Positions 19,977-28,862 are shown, counted from the first letter of the stretch. The stretch is DNA of 32,000 nt from Moraxella nasovis (GCF_022701215.1 NZ_CP089976.1:1590001-1622000), one strand, 5' to 3'. A program made the numbers and translations. Notes: generated by a model not told the origin, from the letters alone.

Positions 19977-20876
19977 TTACTTATTATTTTCTAACATTAT
20001 TTGCCAAAATTTAACCGCTTGTACCATAGGTCCGACATCATGCACTCGCACAATGCTTGCTCCTTGCTGAATGGCAAGCAGATGGGCTAACACGCCAATG
20101 CCATCACGATCGATTGCTGCATGGTTTTGTAAATGGGCTAAGTTCATTTTATTTAGTATTTCACCCAAAAAACGCTTGCGAGATACGCCAAAGAGCATGG
20201 GCAGATTAAAGTGTTTTATAATCTCATCTATGTGCTTTAAGATTATCTGATGGTGACTAAAGTTTTTAGCAAAGCCCATGCCCACATCAATGATGATGTG
20301 GTCTTTTTTGATGCCTGCTTGCACAGCACAGCTGATAGCGGCTTGCAATTCTGTTTTTAGCTCACTTAGGACATCTTCATAGGTGGCTAAGTCGTTCATG
20401 GTATCAGGTTCGCCACGAGAGTGCATCAGTACCACAGGACAATTAAGCTTGGCGGCAGTCTGTGCTGCAAGTGGACGACGTAAGGCTCGAACATCGTTAA
20501 TGATGTCAGCTCCTGATTCTATGGCGTGTTTCATGATGGTGGGGTTGCTTGTGTCGATAGACAGCCATATCTCATCACCGAAATTTTTGCGGATACTTTG
20601 TATAACAGGGATAACTCTGCGCAGCTCTTCGTCTGTACTGATAACGGCAGCATTTGGGCGAGTGGATTCTCCACCGATGTCGATGATATCTACACCAAGA
20701 TGTAGCATATGCTCAGCGTGCTTTAAAGCGTAATCTAGGGTATTAAATCGCCCACCATCTGAAAAAGAATCAGGCGTTACATTTAGCACGCCCATAACTT
20801 TAGGGGTAGATAAATCCAACACTTTAGTGCGGTGGGTAATTTTGTGGGCAGGTAGTGGATTAAAAATGGCGGTCAT
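19977..20876 (-). CDS. folP: Dihydropteroate synthase
   Basis: VMGVLNVTPDSFSDGG, DIGGESTRP and the GxSRK-equivalent FGVSRKRF. The ORF track extends to a GTG at 20924. ATG at 20876 (MTAIFNPL) gives a more typical N-terminus, but the start is uncertain. Confidence 0.92.
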   Translation of the reverse strand: MTAIFNPLPAHKITHRTKVLDLSTPKVMGVLNVTPDSFSDGGRFNTLDYALKHAEHMLHLGVDIIDIGGESTRPNAAVISTDEELRRVIPVIQSIRKNFGDEIWLSIDTSNPTIMKHAIESGADIINDVRALRRPLAAQTAAKLNCPVVLMHSRGEPDTMNDLATYEDVLSELKTELQAAISCAVQAGIKKDHIIIDVGMGFAKNFSHHQIILKHIDEIIKHFNLPMLFGVSRKRFLGEILNKMNLAHLQNHAAIDRDGIGVLAHLLAIQQGASIVRVHDVGPMVQAVKFWQIMLENNK

Positions 20877-21024
20877 GAGTGTCTTTTTGTGGTGGTGTGT
20901 GTAAAAGTGGGTATTTATCGCCACTTGTTGTGATTATTATCCCATGTTTATTTAGCCATAACAAGCCAATTAAGCTTTAACAGCTTATTTAAGGTCTTGA
21001 AAATGAAGGTTATCACCACAATCT

Positions 21025-22437
21025 ATGCTTATATTTTTTTTAATAAAGAGAATACATTTGCAATATTTTGAACGAGCAGAAGGCGGTGAGAATGCCATCT
21101 TAGTACATCTAACCATCTCAAAGATGAGCGATCCAAATGACCTAGAAGAGTTCCGCCTGTTGGTGAATTCGGCGGGGGCGAACGAGCTTGAGATTATCAC
21201 AGGTAGCCGAGCAATGCCTCATGCCAAATACTTCGTCGGGACAGGTAAGGCAGACGAGATTGCTCAAGCGGTTGAGCGTCATGGTGCAGATATCGTTATC
21301 TTTAACCACGAACTTAGCCCAAGCCAAGAACGCAACTTAGAAAAACTCTTTAAGTGCCGAGTGCTTGGGCGTACAGGACTTATCTTAGATATCTTTGCAA
21401 GTCGTGCTAAGACGCATGAAGGCAAGCTACAAGTAGAGCTAGCCCAGCTCAACCATTTGGCGACTCGCTTGGTGCGTGGCTGGACGCATTTAGAGCGTCA
21501 AAAGGGGGGTATCGGACTTCGTGGACCGGGTGAGACCCAGCTAGAGACTGACCGCCGTCTGCTCCAGATTCGTGTCGGTCAGCTAAAGGCGAAATTAGAT
21601 AAAGTTAAACAAACTCGTAAGCAAGGACGAGCAAAACGTCAAAAATCAGACGTGCCAACCATCTCGCTTGTAGGTTATACGAATGCAGGTAAGTCCACAC
21701 TGTTTAACCGCTTAGCTGATGATAATATCTATGCTGCCGATCAGCTGTTTGCTACGCTTGATCCGACTTTACGCCGTGTCAAGTGGGCAGGCGTGGGAAA
21801 TGTCGTGCTTGCTGATACGGTAGGTTTTGTGCGTCATCTACCCCATGAACTGGTTGAAAGTTTTCACGCCACCTTAGAAGAGACGTTAGAAGCCGACCTT
21901 TTGTTGCATGTTATTGATACAGCAAGTGACACCTTACACGAGCAGATTGATGCGGTGAATGATGTGCTAGATGAGATTAAAGCAGATGCTCCGATTTTAT
22001 TGGTATATAATAAGATTGATAAGAGTGGCGAAGATCCGACCATTGTTTATAAAGAGCAAGGCGTGCCGCACCGTGTCTATGTTTCTGCTCAAAAGAACCT
22101 AGGCATGGATAAGCTTACCCAAGCAGTCAGTGAGCTACTCGTCGGTAAACTTTCTACTTATCATCTGACATTGCCCTTTAATGCAGGTCAGCTAAAGAGT
22201 GCCTTACATGAGCTTGATGTGATTGATGACGCTACGTTTGGTGATGATGGACGTGAGATGATTACCATTACTTTAGCTAAAGACAAGCTAAAAGAGTTGC
22301 TTGGCAAGTTTGGGCTGATGGCACATGATGTACTGCCACAGGACGAAGCCGATACACTCTTGCCAGAGCTTGAAGAGTTTGAGCAGCGGACACTCACAGT
22401 CAGTGATGAGCAGGATTTAGATGAATTTTGTTTATAA
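21025..22437 (+). CDS. hflX: GTPase HflX
   Basis: N-terminal FERAEGGENAILVHL, G1 GYTNAGKST, G3 DTVGF and G4 NKID. Possible alternative TTG start at 21058. Acidic C-terminal extension. Confidence 0.93.
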   Translation: MLIFFLIKRIHLQYFERAEGGENAILVHLTISKMSDPNDLEEFRLLVNSAGANELEIITGSRAMPHAKYFVGTGKADEIAQAVERHGADIVIFNHELSPSQERNLEKLFKCRVLGRTGLILDIFASRAKTHEGKLQVELAQLNHLATRLVRGWTHLERQKGGIGLRGPGETQLETDRRLLQIRVGQLKAKLDKVKQTRKQGRAKRQKSDVPTISLVGYTNAGKSTLFNRLADDNIYAADQLFATLDPTLRRVKWAGVGNVVLADTVGFVRHLPHELVESFHATLEETLEADLLLHVIDTASDTLHEQIDAVNDVLDEIKADAPILLVYNKIDKSGEDPTIVYKEQGVPHRVYVSAQKNLGMDKLTQAVSELLVGKLSTYHLTLPFNAGQLKSALHELDVIDDATFGDDGREMITITLAKDKLKELLGKFGLMAHDVLPQDEADTLLPELEEFEQRTLTVSDEQDLDEFCL

Positions 22438-22495
22438 CATTCACCCATAAAATACCCAACATTTCATCGTAAAACCTTGACCAATCGGCTAAATT

Positions 22496-22513
22496 GATGG
22501 TTAAATAACCATC
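22496..22513 (+). promoter_or_regulatory. Perfect palindrome GATGGTTA-AA-TAACCATC upstream of the cidA/lrgA-like operon (possible operator)
   Basis: The 8+8 bp inverted repeat lies 42 nt upstream of ATG 22555, just upstream of a TATAAG -10-like hexamer (22530-22535). No U-tract follows, so it is not a convincing hflX terminator. Confidence 0.3.
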
Positions 22514-22554
22514 CACTTTAGGCATGCTGTATAAGCCATAATACAAGGATACGT

Positions 22555-22971
22555 ATGAAATCCCCCTATCTAAACCCTAAGCTTTATAAAGGTCTGATCG
22601 CCACCATCGCCTTAGTGGTGAGTGTGCGTGAGCTAGCTTTGGTGGTCTGTACTTGGTTTGGTATGCCGACAGCGGCAAATATCGTCGGTCTTGTGGCGTT
22701 ATTTGTCGCCTTGATAGGCTTACGTCTGGCGTCAGGGCAGTTGCCACAATGGCTGTCATCATCAGCCAGTGTGCTACTTGTAGATAGTGGCTTTGCGTTC
22801 TTACCTGTATCAGCAGGGGCGGGTATCTTATTATTTGGCTTAGGCTCAGACTTTTTTGCGGTGTCAGCTGTTATTATCATTAGTGTGGTTATACCGCTTT
22901 GGGTATTTGCCAAGCTGTCTGCCAAGTGGCTTCAAGAACGTCCATCGCCCACAGTATCTGATAAAGGATAA
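22555..22971 (+). CDS. CidA/LrgA family (holin-like, YohJ-like) membrane protein
   Basis: 138 aa with 4 predicted TM segments and an AAGGA SD. It is immediately followed (3-nt gap) by an LrgB-family gene, the canonical pairing. Confidence 0.82.
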   Translation: MKSPYLNPKLYKGLIATIALVVSVRELALVVCTWFGMPTAANIVGLVALFVALIGLRLASGQLPQWLSSSASVLLVDSGFAFLPVSAGAGILLFGLGSDFFAVSAVIIISVVIPLWVFAKLSAKWLQERPSPTVSDKG

Positions 22972-22974
22972 GCT

Positions 22975-23673
22975 ATGCCAGCCATTGACAGCACGACCAT
23001 CATCACAGCCTTTATGGTAACGCTTATCGCCCATATCACAGCAAAATACGTCCTAAGGTATCTTAATCGCTACATTCGTGGTGTGCCGATGATTATCATC
23101 GCCATTATCTTAACGCTGACTATCTTACTGATGATAAATATGCCGTATCAGACCTATTATGCTAATGCTAAGCCTGTGTTTGATCGCTTGTTGGGATATA
23201 GCACGGTGTTACTTGCCGTACCTTTAGCTGGAATGGATTTTAAAGGTTTGCCTGTAAAGAGGCTTGGCGTGGTCGTCGTGCTTGCCAGTATCGTAGGGGC
23301 AATTTTGCCGATGTCGCTTGCCTATGCCTTTTTCTTAAATATTGAGACGATATTGGCATTTGCGACCCGTTCGGTAACGACGCCTGTGGGCTTATCTGTC
23401 GCCCAGATTATCAATGCACCGCTTGTGATGGCAAACCTTATTATCATCGTATCAGGCATACTTGGAGCGGGTATTTGTCGTGTGGTGTTTAAAAACATCG
23501 AAGATGAAAGAGCCCAAGGGCTATCGCTTGGCTTAGTCGCTCATGCTATTGGCACAGTAGAAGCATGGACGATAAGCCCAACAGCAGGGCGGTATGCAGC
23601 ATTTGGTCTGGCGATTAATGGGCTAATTACAGCGGTATGGCTACCGATGGCGGTGCTGTGGGTTATGGGCTGA
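22975..23673 (+). CDS. LrgB family (YohK-like) membrane protein
   Basis: 232 aa polytopic protein with the RSVTTPVG motif typical of LrgB/YohK; paired with the CidA/LrgA gene. Confidence 0.85.
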   Translation: MPAIDSTTIITAFMVTLIAHITAKYVLRYLNRYIRGVPMIIIAIILTLTILLMINMPYQTYYANAKPVFDRLLGYSTVLLAVPLAGMDFKGLPVKRLGVVVVLASIVGAILPMSLAYAFFLNIETILAFATRSVTTPVGLSVAQIINAPLVMANLIIIVSGILGAGICRVVFKNIEDERAQGLSLGLVAHAIGTVEAWTISPTAGRYAAFGLAINGLITAVWLPMAVLWVMG

Positions 23674-23707
23674 TTTACTCAAGAGCATCTGACTACCACC
23701 ATAACCA

Positions 23708-24391
23708 TTATGCCGCACCAAGCTCCCCAAGCAGTGCCTGTGATGGCACGCCACTATGAAACCGCAGTTCGTCATCTGTCTCATCAATTAATGCCGCTTC
23801 CACATCACGAAAAAACGCCACCCGCTCATCGATAGGCTCTTTGCTGACCGACTGAGCTAGCATAAGATAATCTTCATAATGACGGCTCTCAGATTTTAAC
23901 AGATACCTATAATAGCGTGCTAATTTTTCATCATCAATGACATCTGCCAATGCTTTAAATCGTTCGCACGAACGAGCTTCAATGAACGCTCCGATAATCA
24001 GCACGTCCACCATGGCAGCACTCTCCCACGTCCGCTTATGCTTTAGCAGCCCCTTAGCATAACGCCCTGCAGGCAAATACGACCACTTGATACCACGCTC
24101 TTTCATCAAGGATAGCACCTGTTCATAATGGAGCATTTCTTCACGCACCAGCTGTGCCAATCGTTCTTGGAGCTGTCTGTGAGATTCATAACGGAAAATT
24201 AAATTCATCGCTGTGCCTGCTGCTTTTTTCTCGCAGTTGGCATGATCTTGCATGAGTAGCGGTAGGTTTGCCTTGGCAAGCTTTAGCCAGCTTTCGCTCG
24301 TTTTTGTGCCTAAAAAAGCATGAATATGACTAATGTCTGTGGTAGCTCTTGCCTTGGCGGTGATCTGCTTTAAGTCGTCTTCTTGGTTCAT
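23708..24391 (-). CDS. miaE: tRNA-(ms[2]io[6]A)-hydroxylase MiaE (ferritin-like diiron oxygenase)
   Basis: MQDHANCEKKAA, VREEMLHYEQV, IEARSCERF and LKSESRHYEDY, i.e. the four diiron ligand helices of the MiaE family. Confidence 0.88.
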   Translation of the reverse strand: MNQEDDLKQITAKARATTDISHIHAFLGTKTSESWLKLAKANLPLLMQDHANCEKKAAGTAMNLIFRYESHRQLQERLAQLVREEMLHYEQVLSLMKERGIKWSYLPAGRYAKGLLKHKRTWESAAMVDVLIIGAFIEARSCERFKALADVIDDEKLARYYRYLLKSESRHYEDYLMLAQSVSKEPIDERVAFFRDVEAALIDETDDELRFHSGVPSQALLGELGAA

Positions 24392-24711
24392 GATGATTCA
24401 CCTTAATATGATGGCAGTAATTTTACAAGATCGTTCATATTTTTACAAACACGTTTTGGCTTGCCTTGCTTAAATGATAGGTTTATCCCCTATAAATTAC
24501 ATCATAATCATTAATTACGCTAAAATCCATCACAAAAGATGACTCATCTAAGTGAAAATCACCATAAAAATGTGTTACAAACTGGTAAAAATTAAGAATT
24601 ATTCTTATTATTAACAAAAAAATAAATGGATAAATAAAATATAACTTATTGTTTTTATTATATAAATAAAATTAACCCTAAAAAAATTTATTTATTTTTT
24701 GGGTAAAGGTG

Positions 24712-24808
24712 TTGCAAAATATGTCAAAGTTGGTATCCTATTGTGTGAGCGTAGATGGTTTTAGCGGTATTTGTTGTTTTTGACAAACTTTGTATAAAAG
24801 TTTACAAA
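24712..24808 (+). promoter_or_regulatory. Candidate porin promoters downstream of an A/T-tract (UP-like, probably curved) region
   Basis: P-a: TTGCAA (24712-24717), 16 nt, TATCCT (24734-24739). P-b: TTGACA (24780-24785), 17 nt, TACAAA (24803-24808). A-tract and T-tract runs span 24600-24705. Either promoter implies a 180-250 nt leader. Confidence 0.35.
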
Positions 24809-24913
24809 AATACTCAAAAACGTACAAATATGGCAAGAATACGCTATAACAGACCTAGCCATCACCTGATGTGCTAGATTTGATATTTACAGGGAGTGTT
24901 AGGCAACTCGATC

Positions 24914-24936
24914 GCAGGCATATCTGATATGTCTGC
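24914..24936 (+). promoter_or_regulatory. Stem-loop in the porin 5' leader
   Basis: GCAGGCATAT-CTG-ATATGTCTGC (10 bp, one G:U pair), 57 nt upstream of ATG 24993. Confidence 0.4.
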
Positions 24937-24992
24937 ATGGGCGTAAGCATTTTGCGGCCCAAAAACTAAAAGATGTAATGTGGAGAAAACCC

Positions 24993-26063
24993 ATGAAAAA
25001 AGTACTTTTAGCAACAGCAATCGCTGCTCTATCTGTATCAGCTGCTCAAGCTGCGCCTACTCTTTACGGTAAAGCTTTCTTAACTCTTGACCTTCAAGAC
25101 GGTAGTGAGCACAGCCTTGCTAAAGACTCTCGTACCCAACTTAAATCAAACGGTTCACGTATCGGTCTTAAAGGCTCAGAAGCTCTAACTACAAACACTG
25201 ATCTTGTTTATCAGTTGGAGTACGGCGTAAGAGTTGATGATAATACAGATACTTTTAAAGCTCGTGATACCTACCTAGGTCTTGCAAACAAACAATACGG
25301 TACTGTGGTAGCAGGTCGTCTATCAGCGGTTGATGGTACTGTTGACTATGCAAACGTAACCAAAGGCGGTGTTATCGGTGGTGATAACGTTCTAGCAGCA
25401 TTTGATAGCCCTCGTGTAAACAACACCATCGCTTATTTTTCTCCAGAGCGTAACGGCGTACAAGTATTTGGTGCGTATGTAATGGATGAAACTAAAGGTT
25501 CGGTTAAAGAAAATCTAGATACTTTCAGAACTGTTGTTAATGCTGATGGGACAAGTACTTTAGTTCGAGATACTAAATCTGTTCCAAACAAAGGTCAAGA
25601 CAGCCTAGGTCGTGACGCATTCCAAATCGGTGCCAAATACGAAGTGGGTCAAATCAAAGCTGGTGCAGCCTACACCCAAGCTGGCGATCGTAAGATTGCT
25701 CGTGTAAGCGGTGCTTACGCACTTAATAAAGACCTAACGGTTGGTGCTTTAGTGCAAACTGACAAAGGCAATGCAGTTAAGTTTGGTCAAACTGCAGGAA
25801 CTGAAAAGCTAATTACTGTATCTGCCAAGCTAAAAACAGCAACACCTTGGACTGCTTATGGTCAAGTTGATCTAGTAGATAATGCTGAAGGTGTTCAAGA
25901 TGCTGAGGCACAGCGTTTAGTCGTTGGCGGTGAATACGCCATCAACAAAAATACCACTGGCCACGTTTATGGTGCTTATAAAAGAGATGAGCTAAAAGCA
26001 GCGAACGTTACTGCTAAAGACAACTCTTATGGCATCGGTGCAGGTCTTGAGTACAAATTCTAA
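24993..26063 (+). CDS. General (trimeric, 16-strand type) outer-membrane porin
   Basis: Signal peptide MKKVLLATAIAALSVSAAQA|AP, alternating beta-strand pattern, and C-terminal GAGLEYKF with terminal Phe. A GGAG SD lies 7 nt before ATG 24993. The ORF track starts at an upstream in-frame ATG, 24978. Confidence 0.9.
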   Translation: MKKVLLATAIAALSVSAAQAAPTLYGKAFLTLDLQDGSEHSLAKDSRTQLKSNGSRIGLKGSEALTTNTDLVYQLEYGVRVDDNTDTFKARDTYLGLANKQYGTVVAGRLSAVDGTVDYANVTKGGVIGGDNVLAAFDSPRVNNTIAYFSPERNGVQVFGAYVMDETKGSVKENLDTFRTVVNADGTSTLVRDTKSVPNKGQDSLGRDAFQIGAKYEVGQIKAGAAYTQAGDRKIARVSGAYALNKDLTVGALVQTDKGNAVKFGQTAGTEKLITVSAKLKTATPWTAYGQVDLVDNAEGVQDAEAQRLVVGGEYAINKNTTGHVYGAYKRDELKAANVTAKDNSYGIGAGLEYKF

Positions 26064-26082
26064 TTTGATTTAAAGTCTGCAT

Positions 26083-26111
26083 AAAAACCCACCTTTTTAG
26101 GTGGGTTTTTT
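26083..26111 (+). terminator. Rho-independent terminator of the porin gene
   Basis: AAAAACCCACC-TTTTTA-GGTGGGTTTTTT. Confidence 0.88.
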
Positions 26112-26328
26112 ATTGGGAGTGTTTGGGTCAGCTTTTATTGATTAGAATAAATGACACAATGATAGGTTAATGTGATAGAATACTGCGATTTTTAGCCGAT
26201 GAGCTGCATTTTGTAGATCACTTTTGTATGTTACATCGCATTTTAACCCAATCTTTTGCCATGACAGGACTTATATGGCGACAACATAAGCTCTAAGAAA
26301 TGGATGCCTTAAGACGAGGATGATTATC

Positions 26329-28392
26329 ATGAAACAATCAAACATGAAGCGATCAAGCCTTTGTGTCTTTGCTGCTGCTCTGATGGGTATTAGTGCAGCG
26401 ACAGTGACCTTACCAAGTCATGCCGCAGACGAACTTGCGTCATTATTTAGCCAAAAATCTGAGCGATTCTTACCTGTCACACAGGCATTTAAGGTGAGTG
26501 TGCAGACTAATGGTAATCAGGTCGTGGCGACGTTTAACGTTACCCCTAAGCATTATATCTATCGTGATAAGCTAAAGTTAAAGTTGCCAGATGGTGTGGT
26601 AGCGAGCGATTGGAAGTTTGACGCTAAGCCAAGCATGATCGACGATCCAAGCTTTGGAAAAGTGGCAGTCTTTGAAGAAAGCTTTACAGCCACAGCGACG
26701 CTCACATCATCGCAGAGTATAGAGAGTACAGCTGCATTAAGATGGCAAGGCTGTGCCAAAGCAGGGCTATGTTATCCACCAGAAGACAGTCAGTTTACCA
26801 TCAAGCTAAGCTCAAGTGCTGATAAGCTTGACAGTGATCAGTCGCCTAATGCGTCAGCCATATCTAAGCCTAAGAATACCAATGCCCAAGCTGCCAAGCA
26901 GACAGACACAAAAACTGATAAAAAAGACGCAGATGCTCAGACAGCTAATACCGCAGACGCCAAGCCATCTGCTAATTTACCATCAGCGACGGTAGTAACG
27001 CCTATATTAGATGATACCGATACGGACAGTGCAGATATCCGGTCGGCAGTCGTTGATAGTTCTGATGGTTCTGAGAGTATCAATGATGGTGCGTTAGCCA
27101 CGCCATCTACCACGACCGCAGAAGGCGTGGATAAGCTTCGTCATGATGGGGCAGCATCTGATCCATTTGGCATCCAAGAAAACCCCATATTAGCAATCGG
27201 TCTGCTGTTTTTGGCAGGGCTTTTGCTGTCATTTACGCCATGCGTCTATCCGATGATTCCGATTGTGGCAAATATCGTTGCACGTCAGGGCAATGTCAGT
27301 GGTAAAAAAGGCTTGGCGTTATCGGCAGCTTATGGCGTGGGCGTGGCGACAGCTTATGGCTTGCTCGGTGCCTTGATAGCGTGGCTTGGACGTGCAGTGA
27401 ATATCTTGGGGTGGCTACAAAATCCTGTTGTTCTCATTGTCTTTGCTATCATTTTCGCCTTGCTTGCTTTATATATGTTTGATTTGGTGAAAGTGGGCTT
27501 ACCAAGCCGTCTAAAAGACCGCTTACAAAGTAAGTCTCAAGCCGCTGATGATAAGCTTGGTAGTGTAGGCGGTAGTTTTGTGGCAGGTGTGCTGTCCGCC
27601 TTGGTCGTCTCGCCATGCGTGTCTGCACCGATGGCAGGGGCGTTAGCTGCTGTATCGGTCAGTGATAGCGTGGTGTTCGGATTTGTGGCATTATTTGCAC
27701 TTGGGCTTGGTTTATCGATTCCGCTGATGATTATCGGTGCTGCCCAAGGTAAGATTATGCCAAAGGCGGGCGAATGGATGAACCATGTGAAGACATTCTG
27801 CGGACTGTTACTGCTTGCGGTGTCATTATCTTTGATCGAACGGCTGTTATTCTCACCTGTTATGCTCGTACTGTGGGCGTTATGGTTTGCACTCGTGGCG
27901 GTGTGGGGATGGAAAGTGGGTCGCTGGCTAACTTATGCTGTGGCACTTGTCAGTATGCTCTGGACGGCTTGTCTTATGATAGGCGTGGCAAGTGGTCAAA
28001 GTGATCCATGGCGACCACTGGCAGGGCTGTCATCGCACACTACTGTAGATACTCAAAATGCACCAGCAGATCTACACATCACAACCCTAGCCGAACTAGA
28101 TACGATATTAGCACAGCATGATAAGGTGGTGGTAGATATTACCGCAGATTGGTGCGTAGAATGCCGTATTATGGAAAGAACACTGTTCACGAATAGACCA
28201 AAAGCCCTTGCTGATTATCAGCTGGTGAAGCTTGATATCACGCAGACTACCGATGATAGCCGTGCGGTTTTAGCTCGTTATCAGTTATTTGGACCGCCTG
28301 CACTGCTGTTTTATAAAGATGGCACGTTGGTCAATGTTCTACTCGGTGAAGTTAGCCGAAGTGATTTTGAGCAAGAGCTGACAAAATACTAG
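26329..28392 (+). CDS. dsbD: Thiol:disulfide interchange protein / protein-disulfide reductase DsbD
   Basis: Signal peptide, nDsbD WQGCAKAGLCYPP, TM cysteines TPCVYPMIP and SPCVSAPM, and C-terminal thioredoxin WCVEC. A GAGGA SD lies 8 nt before ATG 26329. The ORF track starts at 26320. Confidence 0.93.
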   Translation: MKQSNMKRSSLCVFAAALMGISAATVTLPSHAADELASLFSQKSERFLPVTQAFKVSVQTNGNQVVATFNVTPKHYIYRDKLKLKLPDGVVASDWKFDAKPSMIDDPSFGKVAVFEESFTATATLTSSQSIESTAALRWQGCAKAGLCYPPEDSQFTIKLSSSADKLDSDQSPNASAISKPKNTNAQAAKQTDTKTDKKDADAQTANTADAKPSANLPSATVVTPILDDTDTDSADIRSAVVDSSDGSESINDGALATPSTTTAEGVDKLRHDGAASDPFGIQENPILAIGLLFLAGLLLSFTPCVYPMIPIVANIVARQGNVSGKKGLALSAAYGVGVATAYGLLGALIAWLGRAVNILGWLQNPVVLIVFAIIFALLALYMFDLVKVGLPSRLKDRLQSKSQAADDKLGSVGGSFVAGVLSALVVSPCVSAPMAGALAAVSVSDSVVFGFVALFALGLGLSIPLMIIGAAQGKIMPKAGEWMNHVKTFCGLLLLAVSLSLIERLLFSPVMLVLWALWFALVAVWGWKVGRWLTYAVALVSMLWTACLMIGVASGQSDPWRPLAGLSSHTTVDTQNAPADLHITTLAELDTILAQHDKVVVDITADWCVECRIMERTLFTNRPKALADYQLVKLDITQTTDDSRAVLARYQLFGPPALLFYKDGTLVNVLLGEVSRSDFEQELTKY

Positions 28393-28402
28393 CTAGATGT
28401 AG

Positions 28403-28437
28403 ACACCCCAAACAAGCATGCTTTGGGGTGTTTTTTT
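28403..28437 (+). terminator. Rho-independent terminator of dsbD
   Basis: ACACCCCAAA-(loop CAAGCATGC)-TTTGGGGTGT followed by TTTTTT. Confidence 0.88.
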
Positions 28438-28562
28438 ATGGCTGTCTTTTAATGAACTGTCCATGGCTTGGGCTGTGATGAGTTTTGGCGATGGTTGTGG
28501 TAAAGTGATAGCCATCGTATGTCAAACTGTTACTAAGCTGTTATTATTAAGTTGGTATCTAG

Positions 28563-28595
28563 CCATCTATGTATCATCTACTTACCATCTATGTA
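28563..28595. repeat. Direct repeat CCATCTATGTA x2 (22-bp period) with degenerate flanking copies
   Basis: Exact 11-mers are at 28563-28573 and 28585-28595. Related GCCATCGTATGT is at 28511-28522 and GCCATC at 28596-28601. All lie in non-coding DNA. Confidence 0.6.
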
Positions 28596-28833
28596 GCCAT
28601 CAAAAATCCTATGACGTGATAATAAGCATGATTGATTAAACTTGCAAGGATATTATGTTGTAGTTTCTTATACATGTGTACTTTTAGACGTGGTTGTCTT
28701 GTCTTATTTTGAGATTAAGCGACCTATTAGGTTTAAATTGAGCTTAAAAAGCTGTGTGATTATTATATGTAAGCTTTTGGTAGTTTTGATAAAGATTGTA
28801 TAATTGGATAACTTTATGATAAATCATCGCATA

Positions 28834-28862
28834 AAAATAGACCCAAACTTTGGGTCTATTTT
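28834..28862 (-). terminator. Rho-independent terminator of the symporter gene (T-runs on both strands)
   Basis: AAAATAGACCCA-AACTT-TGGGTCTATTTT, 15 nt downstream of the stop at 28877. Confidence 0.82.

Noticed and set aside
24497-24515. Fur-box-like sequence TTACATCATAATCATTAAT upstream of miaE (a diiron enzyme)
   Set aside because: It matches only about 12 of 19 positions of GATAATGATAATCATTATC by my hand alignment, in a very AT-rich context. That is too weak to call without a position weight matrix scan.
28418-28639. 73-aa plus-strand ORF in the dsbD/symporter spacer
   Set aside because: Its ATG lies inside the loop and stem of the dsbD terminator hairpin. It has no SD and a hydrophobic, low-information sequence, so I treat the region as non-coding (see finding).
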